A stretch of DNA of 63,772 nt, counting the filler, from Chiloscyllium plagiosum (lineage: Eukaryota): NCBI RefSeq assembly GCF_004010195.1. It is 4 parts of one record of this genome, joined end to end, with 100 filler letters (N's around TTAATTAATTAA, not from the genome) between each part and the next. Parts side by side here need not be neighbours in the genome. Positions count along the whole stretch, not along the records: positions 41,005 to 58,256 come from NC_057710.1; positions 58,357 to 63,772 come from NC_057710.1; 2 more parts are not named here. The stretch is one strand, 5' to 3'. Made by a program: the position numbers and the translations under genes. Positions 48,717-60,079 of this stretch are shown here, piece after piece (position 1 is the stretch's first letter; every line of letters begins with the position of its first letter). The notes under the pieces were generated by a model. It saw nothing but the letters and a program-made list of their open reading frames with translations. It was not told the origin of the DNA and did no database searches.

Positions 48717-49853
48717 ATTAGAGTCATAGAGATGTACAGCATGGAAACAGAGCCTTCGGTTCAACCCGTCCATGCTGACCAGATATCCCAACCCATTCTA
48801 GTCCCACCTGCCAGCACCCAGCTCATATCCCGCCAAACCCTTCCTATTCATATACCCATCCAAATGCCTCTTGAATGCTGCAATTGTACCAGTCTCCACC
48901 ATTTCCTCTGGCAGCTCATTCCATACACTTACCATCCTCTGTATGAAAAAGTTGCCCCTTAGGTCTCTTTTATATCTTTACCCTCTCACCTTAAACCTAT
49001 GCCCTCTAGTTCTGGAGTCCCCGATCCCAGGGAAAAGAAAGACTTTGTCTATTTACCCTATCCATACCCCTCATAATTTTGTAAACATCTATAAGGTCAC
49101 CCCTCAGCCTCCGACATTCCAGGGAAAACAGCCCCAGTCTGTTTAGCCTCTCCCTGTACTACCTGTGACTCCACTTTCAAGAAGTTATGAACCTGCACTC
49201 CAAGGTCTCTTTGTTCGGCAACACTCCCTTGGACCTTGCCATTAGGTGTGTAAGTCCTGCTAAGATTTGCTTTCCCAAAATGCAGCACCTCGCATTTATC
49301 TGAATTAAACTCCATCTGCCATTTCTCAGCCCATTGACCCATCTGGTCCAGATCCTGTTGTAATCTGAGGTAACCCTCTTCACTGTCCACTACACCTCCA
49401 ATTTTGGTGTCATCTGCAAACTTACTAACTGTACCTCTTATACTCGCATCCAAATCATTCACATAAATGATAAAAAGTAGAGGACCCAGCACCGATCCTT
49501 GTGGCACTCCACTGGTCACAGGTCTCCAGTCTGAAAAACAACCCTCCACCACCAACCAACTTCTACCTTTGAGCCAGTTCTGTATCCAAATGGCTAGTTC
49601 TCCCTGTATTCCTTGAGTTCTAACCTTGCTAATCAGCCTAGGAGAAAGTGAGGACTGCAGATGCTGGAGATCAGAGCTTAAAAATGTGTTGCTGGAAAAG
49701 CGCAGCAGATCAGGCAGCATCAAATGAACCGGGCATAAGCCCGAAGAAGGGCTTATGCCCGAAACGTCGATTCTCCTGCTCCTTTGATGCTGCCTGACCT
49801 GCTGCGCTTTTCCAGCAACACATTTTTAAGCAGTTGCTAATCAGTCTCCCATG
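48717..49853 (-). mobile_element. CR1 (HER1-like) RT/3' fragment with an internal deletion at about 49158 and a nested palindromic insertion
   Basis: ORF 49097..49723 contains GVPQGSVLGP, FADDTK and WQMEFN.DKC. Confidence 0.9.
49640..49833. mobile_element. Palindromic Penelope-like insertion
   Basis: 49676-49724 pairs with 49783-49831 (one mismatch), around a central perfect IR CGGGCATAAGCCC-gaagaa-GGGCTTATGCCCG. 14-bp TSD TTGCTAATCAG(C/T)CT at 49626-49639 and 49834-49847. Confidence 0.85.
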
Positions 49854-50074
49854 TACCGTGCTGTACTGTTCTATGTTCTATTGTTTTGCTGCTATGTTCA
49901 CAATATATTTCAAAACGTTACTTGTCCGTGTACGGCCCACAGTATAGAATGCAACTTTAGTGCAGTAAAACACACAACAGCAACTACAGCCAGCAATTAA
50001 GGAAAATGCATACAATGAAGGATTAGATGACATGCGGTCGACAAAAACATTACACCTTGGTTGGTTGGTTGGTT

Positions 50075-50270
50075 TGAGATGCAGAGTGGCACCAAAAGCA
50101 TAGGTTCAATTTCCATTCTGCCTGAGGTTACCATGAAGGACTCTCCTTCTCAATGTCTCCCCTTGCCTGTGGCAGAGTTACTGTCAGATTAATCACTACC
50201 GGTTGTCACTCTCTCTTTAAGACGACAGCAGACCGAAGGTCCACTGAGACTTTGGTGATTTTACTTACTT
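50075..50270 (+). mobile_element. tRNA-derived SINE-like repeat
   Basis: B-box-like GGTTCAATTTCC after a (TTGG)n run, ending GACTTTGGTGATTTTACTTACTT. Confidence 0.45.
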
Positions 50271-51308
50271 GTCTCGCAGATTAAAAAAAGAGGAAAACAG
50301 ATCATAGTTTTGGTTAAAACTCTTGAATTTTGAATTAAAAATACAGTTTGAAGATCAGATTAACTCTCAACCGTTGATCAATTTTAATTTTCACAATTTT
50401 GGCAGGAATTGTTTTGTCAAAGCTAAACTGCTACACGAAGTGATGAGTGGGGTCCTTGGATAGTTGACAATTCAATTGTAGAAGATGCATGGATTCAGTT
50501 ACACCATTACATAGCTGGAACAGATATGCAGTGAATTAGTTGGTGTAAAGTGTGCCAATGGTAAAGGGAGTTAAGAAATAATCATTAACATTTTAACCAA
50601 CCTACTAATTACATAGGTGTTTTAGCTTTCGAGTACACATTTGCCTTTCTGATTCACTGCACTACTGCTTCATTGCTTGCAACATGCTTGGAAACAGATG
50701 AAAGAACAATGGATGGTACAGATAAAGTGTCAAGAAAGGATTAGGTATTTGCTTGCTTATAGAATGTTAATCTGATACATAAACACATTGCCCTCTGATA
50801 TCATGCAAATATACATTTTTTAAAATTAAAAACATGTCTAATGCATTAACCTGCTGTCAGGTTAATGCTATATCACTTACCATGTAATTTAGTTGTACTT
50901 TAACTTTTATTTCCACATTGGTTGATAAAGTCAATATTATCACAAACAGCACTTAGAATTTAACAAGTCATCCAGCATAAGGGAATAATTACGGGCTTAG
51001 TAAGGAGCCAAGCTTTCTATTTCATCACATCACATCATACTTCAGCATCTTGGCATACTGAAAATGTGAGGGGATTTTGGTAAATGACATCCTACTTAAT
51101 CAATGGCAGGTTCTGTATGCAGTCAAATGTTCGATTTCCATCAGAGAACAGTCCATTTGCTAAAACAACTCCATAAACAACCTGTCATTTTGAAAGGATT
51201 TTTTTTATGGGAAAGAAATAAACTGGGATACAAACATATATGGCAAATTAAGGAAGATAGCAGTACATATGCAAGCATGGCCATGCATCTTGAATGGAGC
51301 TCTCTCAC

Positions 51309-54300
51309 CTGAAGGTTATTTTTGTTGATCTTCACAGGTTTCCCTTCCTCAACCAGCAGAATTCTGTTGTGCAGGACTTTTGGAGCACGCTGATGGCTTT
51401 CCAGGTATATACGAACAGTCACACTTCCATCCAGCAGTACATGCTTTACCTTTATTGTGAAGTTGAACATGTCCAAAAAGCTGTTGCTGTTGTCATGGCG
51501 ATACACTACACGACCATTCTTCAAGTCACTCTGAGTGAAGGATTCTGTGTGGATACCATTCAAATGCAGTGCTCCGTGCTTTGGTGACAGAAACACTCTG
51601 TAATTAATCTCACTTTCATCTAAAACAAAAAGATTGGTGTTAACACTGAAATGAGCTGTTGTTAGGGGCTTTCCTTGTCCTTTCTGCACCAGAAGACCTG
51701 TGTTGTTGACTATTCGAACATAAGGATCTGAGGCACGGACCTCAAGTAACGAAGAAGTATAGTGTTTGCCATCAGTTACAAACAAGACAAACCTGCCACT
51801 GTCAGCACCATTATGCACAAACAAAACACGCTTCTGTTCAAGATCTTCTTGAGAGAACTGGAAAAGCTTTCTTGAGGTGTTATTTACTAGAACTAGGTCA
51901 CCGTTAGGAATACCACGGCGGGTGTACAACAGCTGTGCATCATCGAAATCTGAATCAGGATCGTGATAGCGCAAATCTTCAGATGTCAGCAACCGCTGAC
52001 CATTTCTCACCACATGGAAAAGTTGGTCAACAACGCGAACTGGTTTCTCATCATTTCTGAGCTGAATTGTAATAAAGAACGTTCCCACAATAGACAGAGT
52101 GTTTGGATCTGAATTGGAATGGTCTACAGTCGTGCCTGCAACAAATATAAACTCATCATGCGTAGACTCAGAATCATCATGCACATACATGAGACGCTGT
52201 CCTAAAATATCTTCATTTGTAAAGGTTGTTATATTGTCATTACTGTCAGATGAATCAGAATGGTTGATCCGTTTCAACTTGCCGAATCTTGGACTCTGCT
52301 TGACCGTGTACACAAAACTTTTAGAGTTCACGGTTTCTGCATACAACTCTGCCTGAGTTATTAACTCGCCTTCTCCTTCAACCAAAGTGAGACCGTTATT
52401 TGTCAAATTAACAGTATTAACATCAGCTTTAATTAGTGTTTGGAAAGTATGGATCAGAGACACTGCATGGTTGGAGAAAAGTTGAAAGTGGAAGATGTCC
52501 TCAGTATCTTCATGAGGTTTTTCTAATAATTCATATTCTACTTTCTGTGCGGATATATCTTTCTGACTGAAAGAGGAATTTTGGTTTAGAATCTTGCCAT
52601 TCAGCAGAAGTTGTCCTCTTTCAGGTAGAGTCACCAATTTATACTGCAGCTCACTTTCAGAAATCCTTGCACCTTCCACGACAGCCTGGAGATTTTCAGA
52701 AGTCAGAGCTCGTCTCTTCTCTTTATCAATCCCTAATGGATTATTTTTTAGAAGTTTGAAATTAACCCATTTCACTATAATGGGAAAATCCAGCTCTTCG
52801 CTTGTCATGCTCCCAATACTAACTTTAAACGTGAACATCTCAGTTACATTTACAGACTGATGTTTGTGGAAAGTGCCAATGTATCGGATGCGGTCACGCT
52901 CCACCGACCGTTGAGAAAATGAAGAGATTTTCTTCCATTTGCCACTAGATTGCAGTCGTTGAATTTCACCGTACTTTGGGGCTTTAAAAATGTTATAACG
53001 GATCTCTATTTCCTGATTGACTGCATTAGTTTCCACTGACAAATTGCATTTAGTGATCAGGGCTGCATTACTCTGTTCCACTACTAGACCAGTGTTATTT
53101 ATCACTTTATAATCCACTGGTACAGCCATTATTCGTAAAACTACAGTGTTGCTCACTTTATCACCATCACTGACACGTAACACTAGCCTTGAGGTACGAA
53201 CATTCTGGTGAACATAATATATGTTTCCTTCTTCCAAATCAGTGTTCGAGAATGTAGTAATAGCCATACCAGGATTCATGGCATTATCCAAAAATCCAGC
53301 ATCGGCATTAAGATTTCCCAAAATGGAAAACTGAAGACCTGTGGAATTTGTGTCAACATCTGTAGCCTTAATCACATTACTTGTAAGACATTTCTTAGAA
53401 TTCTCCAGCAAAGTGAACAAATTACCTTCAGGAAGGACAAGTTCAGGGGCATCATTGGTTGGAGTAACAGTAATGTTAAATAGGTACTGTCTGTCTCCTT
53501 TCAGGTATTCTGGGACCAGTTTTTTGGTGCTTGTAAAAATAGAAAATGAGAACTGATCATGGGAATCTTCAGATCCATCGTGAATGTATAATACTCGCCC
53601 GTACCAGAGGTCCAACGTGGTGAAAGAATTCGGTTCACGCTCTGGACCTGTGTTCAATTTTAGGTGCCCGTGCTTTGGCTGCTTTGATATCTTAAATATT
53701 ATTTGTGATGGGCGCACACCCAACTGTTTGAACTCTAGGTTCAACTTGATGTGTTTAGATTCCAATTCTGCCTGTCCTCCTTCTACAACTATTAGGTTCT
53801 TGAGGGTCAGAAATGTTGTTGTCTGTACCTTTGGGGTGGGTTTAACAGTCGTTTGTCGGGTGGAAACTGTTGAAAACACTAACATTTGTGCTGTGGTTGC
53901 TCTAACAGTTGTAGAGCTTTGAACTGCCACTGCGCAGCCGGATGAAATGTCTTTTGTAACCAGCACATTCTTTAAACTCATTTTTTCTGCATTAGCTTTC
54001 ACGGCCTTCAGGCAACCCCTGAAGGACCCTCCCCTTGCTCTTCTCCCCGCAAAGGAAAGAAGGCCAATTTTTAACACTTCGACACGAGTGCTGTCATCTA
54101 TGCCACCAATAAACAGAGGGCCCCTCAACTTAACATTTTTGCTGCGAGCACTCAGAGTAACCTTTACTGTTTCCCCATCCACTATAAGGTAAAGATGCTT
54201 AAGTGTAAATCGCAGCTTAATGTCATGCCAATTATTGTCATTAACACTACTTAGCGACGAAAGGTATGTTTTTTTCCCAGATTTCCCAATAACTGCTCGA

Positions 54301-54854
54301 ACTAATCCTTCTGCAATCTCCATAGCAACAAAGTCACCTTGTCGGCCTGCACTATACAGCAGCAGGCCCAATGGCTGAGTCGTGCGAACAGTACATTCCA
54401 GTATCCCTTCCTCTTGTGCGTCCCACGAGGCAAATTCAAGGTAAGATTTGGAACTAAATAAGCTGAGTGGCTCACTGTCTTCGGCAAAAAATTCATCACT
54501 ACAGCCTGCTGAAACCTCATGCACGTTTTTAAAGCCAGAATACGTTCTTAAGGATGACAAGATGTCCTGTCCGTTGAATACCACCTTGTCAATGCAGCCA
54601 CGGAAGTTACTTGTTGCACCTCCCATGTAATGTTTGTCAAAGCCGCCAGTGCCTCCAACAAAAAGACCATGTTGAGTGTTAAGCTCATGAAGCAGGCCTG
54701 GCACCTTCACAGCAGTTTTGAAGTGATTGTCAACTCTCAGGGTAACCTCACCGTCCTCATGGTATAGGTCCAATGTGTGCAATGCCAAATCATTTAACTT
54801 CACTCCTCGCTCAGATCGAAGAATCTTTTCACTAGAACCAAGGTCCAATTTCAC
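51309..54854 (-). CDS. cspg4b: CSPG4-family gene, giant exon 3 equivalent (rest of LamG1, LamG2, Thr-rich linker, CSPG/cadherin-like repeats)
   Basis: Open 3546-bp exon (1182 codons) inside ORF 51141..54854, with AG acceptor at 54856-54855 and donor CAG|GTGAGA at 51309/51308. It has LamG motifs (LFVGG...FRGC, LFIGG...SFRGC) and recurring CSPG-repeat motifs (P.HG.L, FTQ.DL..G.V.Y.HD.SE, NDAP/NDEKP). Motifs such as GFKNVHEVSAGCSDEFFA and LPEGNLFTLLENSKK resemble CSPG4B more than CSPG4, from recall rather than a tree. Confidence 0.93.
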
Positions 54855-54942
54855 CTAAGAACAGAGAAAAAAAAATCAAAATTTAAGCAAAAGCAAAAGC
54901 GTACTGTCTCGAAATATTTCTACAGTTTTCTAACTAACATAC

Positions 54943-55106
54943 CTGTACATGCCCAGACTGCAGCTCCACCAAACAATAGTCACTTTCACCTGCTGCCAGG
55001 AAAAGTAGTCCATTCGACTTTGAAGTTTGGAATTGTAAACTTAATGATGTCTTGCTAGAGGTCTCTGTTACTTTAAGCTGTACGTAGCTATCTCCAAAAA
55101 ATGAAG
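54943..55106 (-). CDS. cspg4b: CSPG4-family gene, exon 2 equivalent (start of laminin G domain 1)
   Basis: The minus strand reads (A)SFFGDSYVQLKVTETSSKTSLSLQFQTSKSNGLLFLAAGESDYCLVELQSGHVQ, matching the NG2/CSPG4 mature N-terminus (ASFFG...LQFSTS...LLLAAG). The AG acceptor is at 55108-55107 after a pyrimidine tract and the GT donor is at 54942-54941. Length 164 bp, phase 1 to phase 0. Confidence 0.93.
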
Positions 55107-55189
55107 CTGAAATAAATGTTTTAAAAATTATGATAGCCATTATGTGTATCAATGTTATCTACAACATAAATTAACATAAATATAGTCAA

Positions 55190-55527
55190 ATAGAAACAAA
55201 GTACTGTGGCTGCCGGAGATCTGAAATAAAAACAAAGTAATGGAGAATTTCAGCAGGCCTGACTGCATCTGTGGAGAGAGAAAAACACTTAATATTTTGG
55301 ATCAAATATGACATTTCTGTAGAATTGGAGGAGGAGACTGGAAAATGCTGTTGATGAATAGGAGGAGGAGCAAATGGAACAAATAGCGAAGGTGCCCAGA
55401 GCACAAGACAAAAGGGTGCTTTTAGTATAGAGTGATGTACAGTCATTAGCCTTGAAATGTTCACTCGGTTTCTCCCGACGCAGATGCTGCAAGACCTGTC
55501 ACATTTCTCCAGCACTTTCTGTTTCTA
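55190..55527. mobile_element. Old Penelope-like element with inverted arms, immediately upstream of exon 2
   Basis: GGAGAATTTCAGCAGGCCTGACTGCATCTGTGGAGAGAGAAA pairs imperfectly with TTTCTCCCGACGCAGATGCTGCAAGACCTG...TTTCTCCA. Confidence 0.55.
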
Positions 55528-55762
55528 CCATTAACAATAGTCAAGGCTTTGAGCATAATTGACATGACTATTTACCCTACTGCATACTGAGTTCAGTAAT
55601 AGCACTTTGAGCATGAATGAGATGTGAACACTGTCAATTATTTGTTCCAGACATCAAAAACTTTACACCACCTGTACAGTTCAGCATGGCAGGTTGCCAT
55701 GATCTTCCCAAAGTACTAGCTTATGTTCATGGAACCCAGTGCAATTATTTAGGTTTTTCCTC

Positions 55763-56080
55763 TTAGATTAGATTAGATTACTTACAGTGTGGAAACAGGC
55801 CCTTTGGCCCAACAAGTCCACACCGCCCCGCCGAAGGGCAACCCACCCATACCCCTACATTTACCCCTTACCTAACACTACAGGCAATTTAGCATGGCCA
55901 ATTCACCTGACCTGCACATCTTTTGTGACTGTGGGAGGAAACAGGAACACCCGGAGGAACCCACGCAGACACGGGGAGAACGTGCAAACTCCACACAGTC
56001 AGTCGCCTGAGGCGGGAATTGAACCCGGGTCTCTGGCGCTGTGAGGCAGCAGTGCTAACCACTGTGCCACCGTGCCACCC
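55763..56080 (-). mobile_element. HE1-type V-SINE, young copy
   Basis: Full head, V-domain and (TCTAA)3 tail, with CCTCTT at both edges. Confidence 0.93.
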
Positions 56081-56324
56081 TCTTGTTAAAACTCTCCAGT
56101 GGTATATTGTCTATCACTGGTAGTTAGACAGGTTCTAGATTCAGCATGGAGTACAGGATTAATGACAGTGAAAGTCTCCATCCACCAGCTTCTAGTGGTT
56201 TGTATTCTGAATTACAGGCCCCTCTCTAACATGGATTATAATCTTGAAGATTATAATCAATAGCTAGATATTCACAGTGAGTGGAATTCAACCATGACAA
56301 GAGATTCTGAGAATGAGGGTGAAG

Positions 56325-56880
56325 TGCACCAAATAGAACATTGAAAGGTATAGTACAAGATTTTGACCCACAATGTCTGTGCTGACTATGATGCCATTTT
56401 GAACTAATCTCATCTGTCTGCACACAGTTTGTAACGCTTCACTCCCTGCTGCAACTACCCTCTTTTTGAGTTTTGACTTTTACCCTTTGTGTAAAACTTT
56501 GCCTTGCACATCTCCTTTAAACTTTCTCCTTCACACATTAAAATGGATGTCACTTAGTATTTGACATATCCATCCTGGGAAAGAGACTTTGACTATCCAC
56601 CCTATCCATGCCTCTCAATTTTATATACTTCTATCAGGTCACACCACAGCCTCAAAGTCTCTAGCAAAAACATTCAGAGTTTGTCCAAACTCTACTTATA
56701 GTAAATACACTCCAATCCAGGCAACATCCCAGTAAACCTCTGTAGTACCCTTTCCAAAGTCTCCACATCCTTCCCACAGTGTTGTGACCAGAACTACACA
56801 AAATGCTCCAAACGTGGTCTAACTGAAGTTTTGTACAGCTGCAATGTGACTTGCCAACTCTTATACTCAATGCCCAACTG
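56325..56880 (-). mobile_element. CR1 3' fragment
   Basis: Reverse complement of the L.RP.LE...QFWS region and 3' UTR. Confidence 0.78.
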
Positions 56881-57029
56881 ATATTTTATTCACACTCCTC
56901 TCCCCTCTCAGCATTACATGGAGGATCTATTATTGGCCAATTTCAAAAGCCCAACCATGGTCTTTAGTTGGATAGTGTGCACACAGCCTTCAGCTTTTAA
57001 TTGTCCAATTGTCCACAGCCCCATGACAT

Positions 57030-57695
57030 TCAGTGGTGCTACCATTACTGAATCCCCACTATCAACATCTTGGGGGGACGGTTACCATTGACCAGAAATT
57101 CAACTAGACGAGCCACAAAAACCACAGTGGCTCCCAAAGCAGGTCACAGGCTAGGAATACTGCAGCAAGTAACTGACCTCCCAAAACCTGTCCACTGTCT
57201 ACAAGGGACAAATCAGGAGTGAGATAGAATACTCTCCATTTGCCTAGATGGGTACAGCTCCAACAACGCTCAAGAAGTTTGACACCATCCAGAACAAAGC
57301 GGCCCAATTAATTGGTACCACATCCACAAGCATCCACTTCTTCCACTACCAACACTCAGTAGCAGCAGTGTGTATTATTTTCAAGGTGCAGTGCAGAAAT
57401 TCAAAGATCCTTAGATAGCATCTTCCAAACACACAACTACTTCCATCTAGAAGGACATGAGCAGCAGATACATGGGAATAGCACACTTGAAAAGTTTCCC
57501 AGAGAGTCAGTCACTATCCTGATTTAGAAATATATCACTACTCCATCAATGTGGCTGGGTCAAAATCCTGGAATTTTCTCGCTAACAGCGTTTTGTGTCA
57601 ACCTACAGAATGCGGACAGCAGTGGTCCAAGAAGGTAGCTCACCACCACCTTCTCGGAGGCAGGTGTAAATGCTGGCCAGTCGGCGATGCCCATG
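57030..57695 (+). mobile_element. LINE 3' region (CR1/L2 superfamily, non-HER1)
   Basis: TVYKGQIRS..EYSP.A.MG.APTTLKKFDTIQNKAA.LIG, ending TAAATGCTGGCCAG.CGGCGATGCCCAT. Confidence 0.72.
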
Positions 57696-58142
57696 TTCTA
57701 CAATAAAAAAAACTGTAAAAAAAAAGTCTGTAACCATTCCTGACTCATGGTAGTATTTGGATCCCCACTTAATTCCAATCCCAAATAGAAAATCCTTTGT
57801 TTTCTATTGTTAATAGTTGAACTGGTGTTAATCATTAAGTACAGGAATTCTATCCATTGAAACTCTTGATGCATTTCACTAGTTAAATGACTATAAACCT
57901 TTAAGAACTGATCAAATCTACATTTATTTCTTATCAATAAACACTAAATTAAAGCACTTTAAAAGGAATTAAGATAAATGCTGTGTACATCCAAATAAAA
58001 CTAGATGTTCTGCAACAGAAACATTCATTCTAATAAATGCTAAGAAATAGTTACATTTCTATACACCATTCAAAACCTGAATAATGAATGCATTCACTGT
58101 CTGTCAGAACTGAGCACTAGGTCTTCCATATTGTCACTCTTA

Positions 58143-58256
58143 GGAAGAGGCTGGAAATGTGTTGCTGGAAAAGCGCAGCAGGTCAGGCAGCATCCAGGGA
58201 ACAGGAGAATCGACGTTTCGGGCATAATCCCTTCTTCAGGAATGAGGAAAGTTTGT
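58143..58256 (-). mobile_element. Penelope-like PLTR truncated by a gap
   Basis: Near-identical to the arm of 49640-49833, with CpGs retained. Confidence 0.8.
58208..58243 (-). ncRNA. Minimal hammerhead ribozyme-like motif, same strand as cspg4b
   Basis: Minus strand attc CTGAAGA a ggg-attatg-ccc GAAA c GTC gatt. Full core with a GUC triplet and palindromic ACGT stem III. Confidence 0.62.
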
Positions 58257-58356
58257 NNNNNNNNNNNNNNNNNNNNNNNNNNNNNNNNNNNNNNNNNNNN
58301 TTAATTAATTAANNNNNNNNNNNNNNNNNNNNNNNNNNNNNNNNNNNNNNNNNNNN
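58257..58356. other. Artificial contig spacer
   Basis: 44 N + TTAATTAATTAA + 44 N. Confidence 0.97.
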
Positions 58357-58665
58357 AGAGGTTTACAAAATTATGACGGGCATGGATAGGATAAATAGAC
58401 AAAGTCTTTTCCCTGGGGTGGAGGAGTCCAGAACTAGAGGACACAGGTTTAGGGTGAGAGGGGAAAGATATAAAGAGACCTACGGGGCAACATTTTCACA
58501 CAGAGGGTGATATGTGTATGAAATGAGCTGCCAGAGGAAGTGGTGGAGGCTGGTACAATTGCAACATTTAAGAGGTATTTGGAAGTGTGTTTGAATAGGG
58601 AGGGTTTAGAGGGATATGGGCCGGGTGCTGGCAGATGGGGCTAGATTGTGTTGGGATATCTGGTC
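58357..58665 (+). mobile_element. CR1 (HER1-like) 3' fragment
   Basis: Reverse complement of the 40432-40904 sequence. Confidence 0.9.
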
Positions 58666-59172
58666 AAATAAACCTGTTGGACTGTAACCTGGTGTTGTGT
58701 GATTTTTAACTTTGTACACACCAGTCCAACACCAGCACCTCCAAATTATGATCTTTTAGAATGGACATGTTGGTTTCAGTTCTTTCATATATACATTCCA
58801 GAACTTTCTTAAAGTTACATTGTCAAGCTAACCTTTAACAATAGGTGTCATGTTGGCCCAGATAATGCACTGAAGGTATGAGGTGCCTTGTGTGAGGCTG
58901 TCTGTGCCCCAATGTTCAGACTGATTGTCATCTAAAAAAGCGATTTACAGAATTTTGCATGGATTTAAGCGTTTTTTTTGTAAAAAGACCAGGTCTTAAT
59001 CAATATATAATTTCAGTTTTATCACACTGTAAACTTTTGCTATAAATTCTGTGTCCTATGATCTTATATTCCACAACCACCTGATGAAGGAGCAGTAATC
59101 CAAAGGCTAGTACTTGCAAATAAACCTGTTGGACTATAACCTGGTGTTGTGTGATTTTCAACTTTTGTGTAA
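58666..59172 (+). mobile_element. Penelope-like element with partial tandem PLTRs
   Basis: CAAATAAACCTGTTGGACT.TAACCTGGTGTTGTGTGATTTT occurs at 58666 and 59117. cacCTGATGAaggagc at 59078-59093 has a mutated GAAA. Confidence 0.72.
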
Positions 59173-60079
59173 GATGTGCAATTAAGTAGGTCCTCTTGGG
59201 TCACACTGAAAATTGTACGTATCATATGTGGGGTCTCTTGGATTTGCAATAGGCTTAGGAGAACAATTTGTTAGTGTATTAGAAGTGGTTAAAATTTTGT
59301 TGGAAGGTGGGGTTATGCTAACAGTGCCATGGGTACTTGTTTCCCTTGCACACATGTCAACTCATGCCCCAGCTTAAATATTAGGCTTATCTGTTTGCAA
59401 CTGGGTTTGTTCTTCTCACTGATATTGATGCATGCATCTGGCTTTGAAAACTTTAGCTAAGGATAAACACAACAGATAGAACAGGGTCTCGTTTGATTTT
59501 CCAAATTAGAATAGATTATATTTTATGTGCCTCTTTATAAGCAGTGACTCTACCTCTGTGTTTTTCTTTTATGGGAAATGAAACATCATATGTATTCCTA
59601 TATGACCAGAGGCGACAAAGTTTGTGCAATTTTGCAGGCTAATTATATTCTATAAAGTGGTGGTACAATCCAGCTTGCTTCACATTCACAATCCTATTAG
59701 TGTCAGATCCCATTGAAAAAAGCAGGTCTGATGTTAATGGCATTATTCCTTTGAACAAAGAAAAGTCCTAAGGGGCTGTTAGCAATTGACAGGCTGAGAC
59801 AGAAAAAGTAAATCAAAGATACTCAGAAATCCATTCAATTATCTGTACTCATATTCCTCATGATAATATTAAAGTCAAACAATTGTATGAGACAAACAAT
59901 TAAATATAGAAAAAAAAATTGCCTGAGGCATTCCAAGAAACCAAGCTCTGAAGTTTCTATCATTTTCAAAGGAAGAATTACTATTATTTGCAACAAAATC
60001 TAGTACATTTAATTAATTAGAACTATGTTTTATGAAAACTGTCTGCTGAATGCATTTATTTTCACTCTACAAAAGAGTT

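Noticed and set aside
49097..49723. 208-aa RT ORF as an intact gene
   Set aside because: CR1 fragment with an internal deletion. Its N-terminus is read from a nested Penelope-like insertion.
51141..51308. C-terminal hydrophobic tail of the 1237-aa ORF as a transmembrane anchor
   Set aside because: It lies past the CAG|GTGAGA donor and is most simply intron read-through. There is no evidence for an intron-retained isoform.
52099..54630. Several plus-strand ORFs overlapping the giant exon
   Set aside because: Antisense shadows of the CSPG4-family coding strand.
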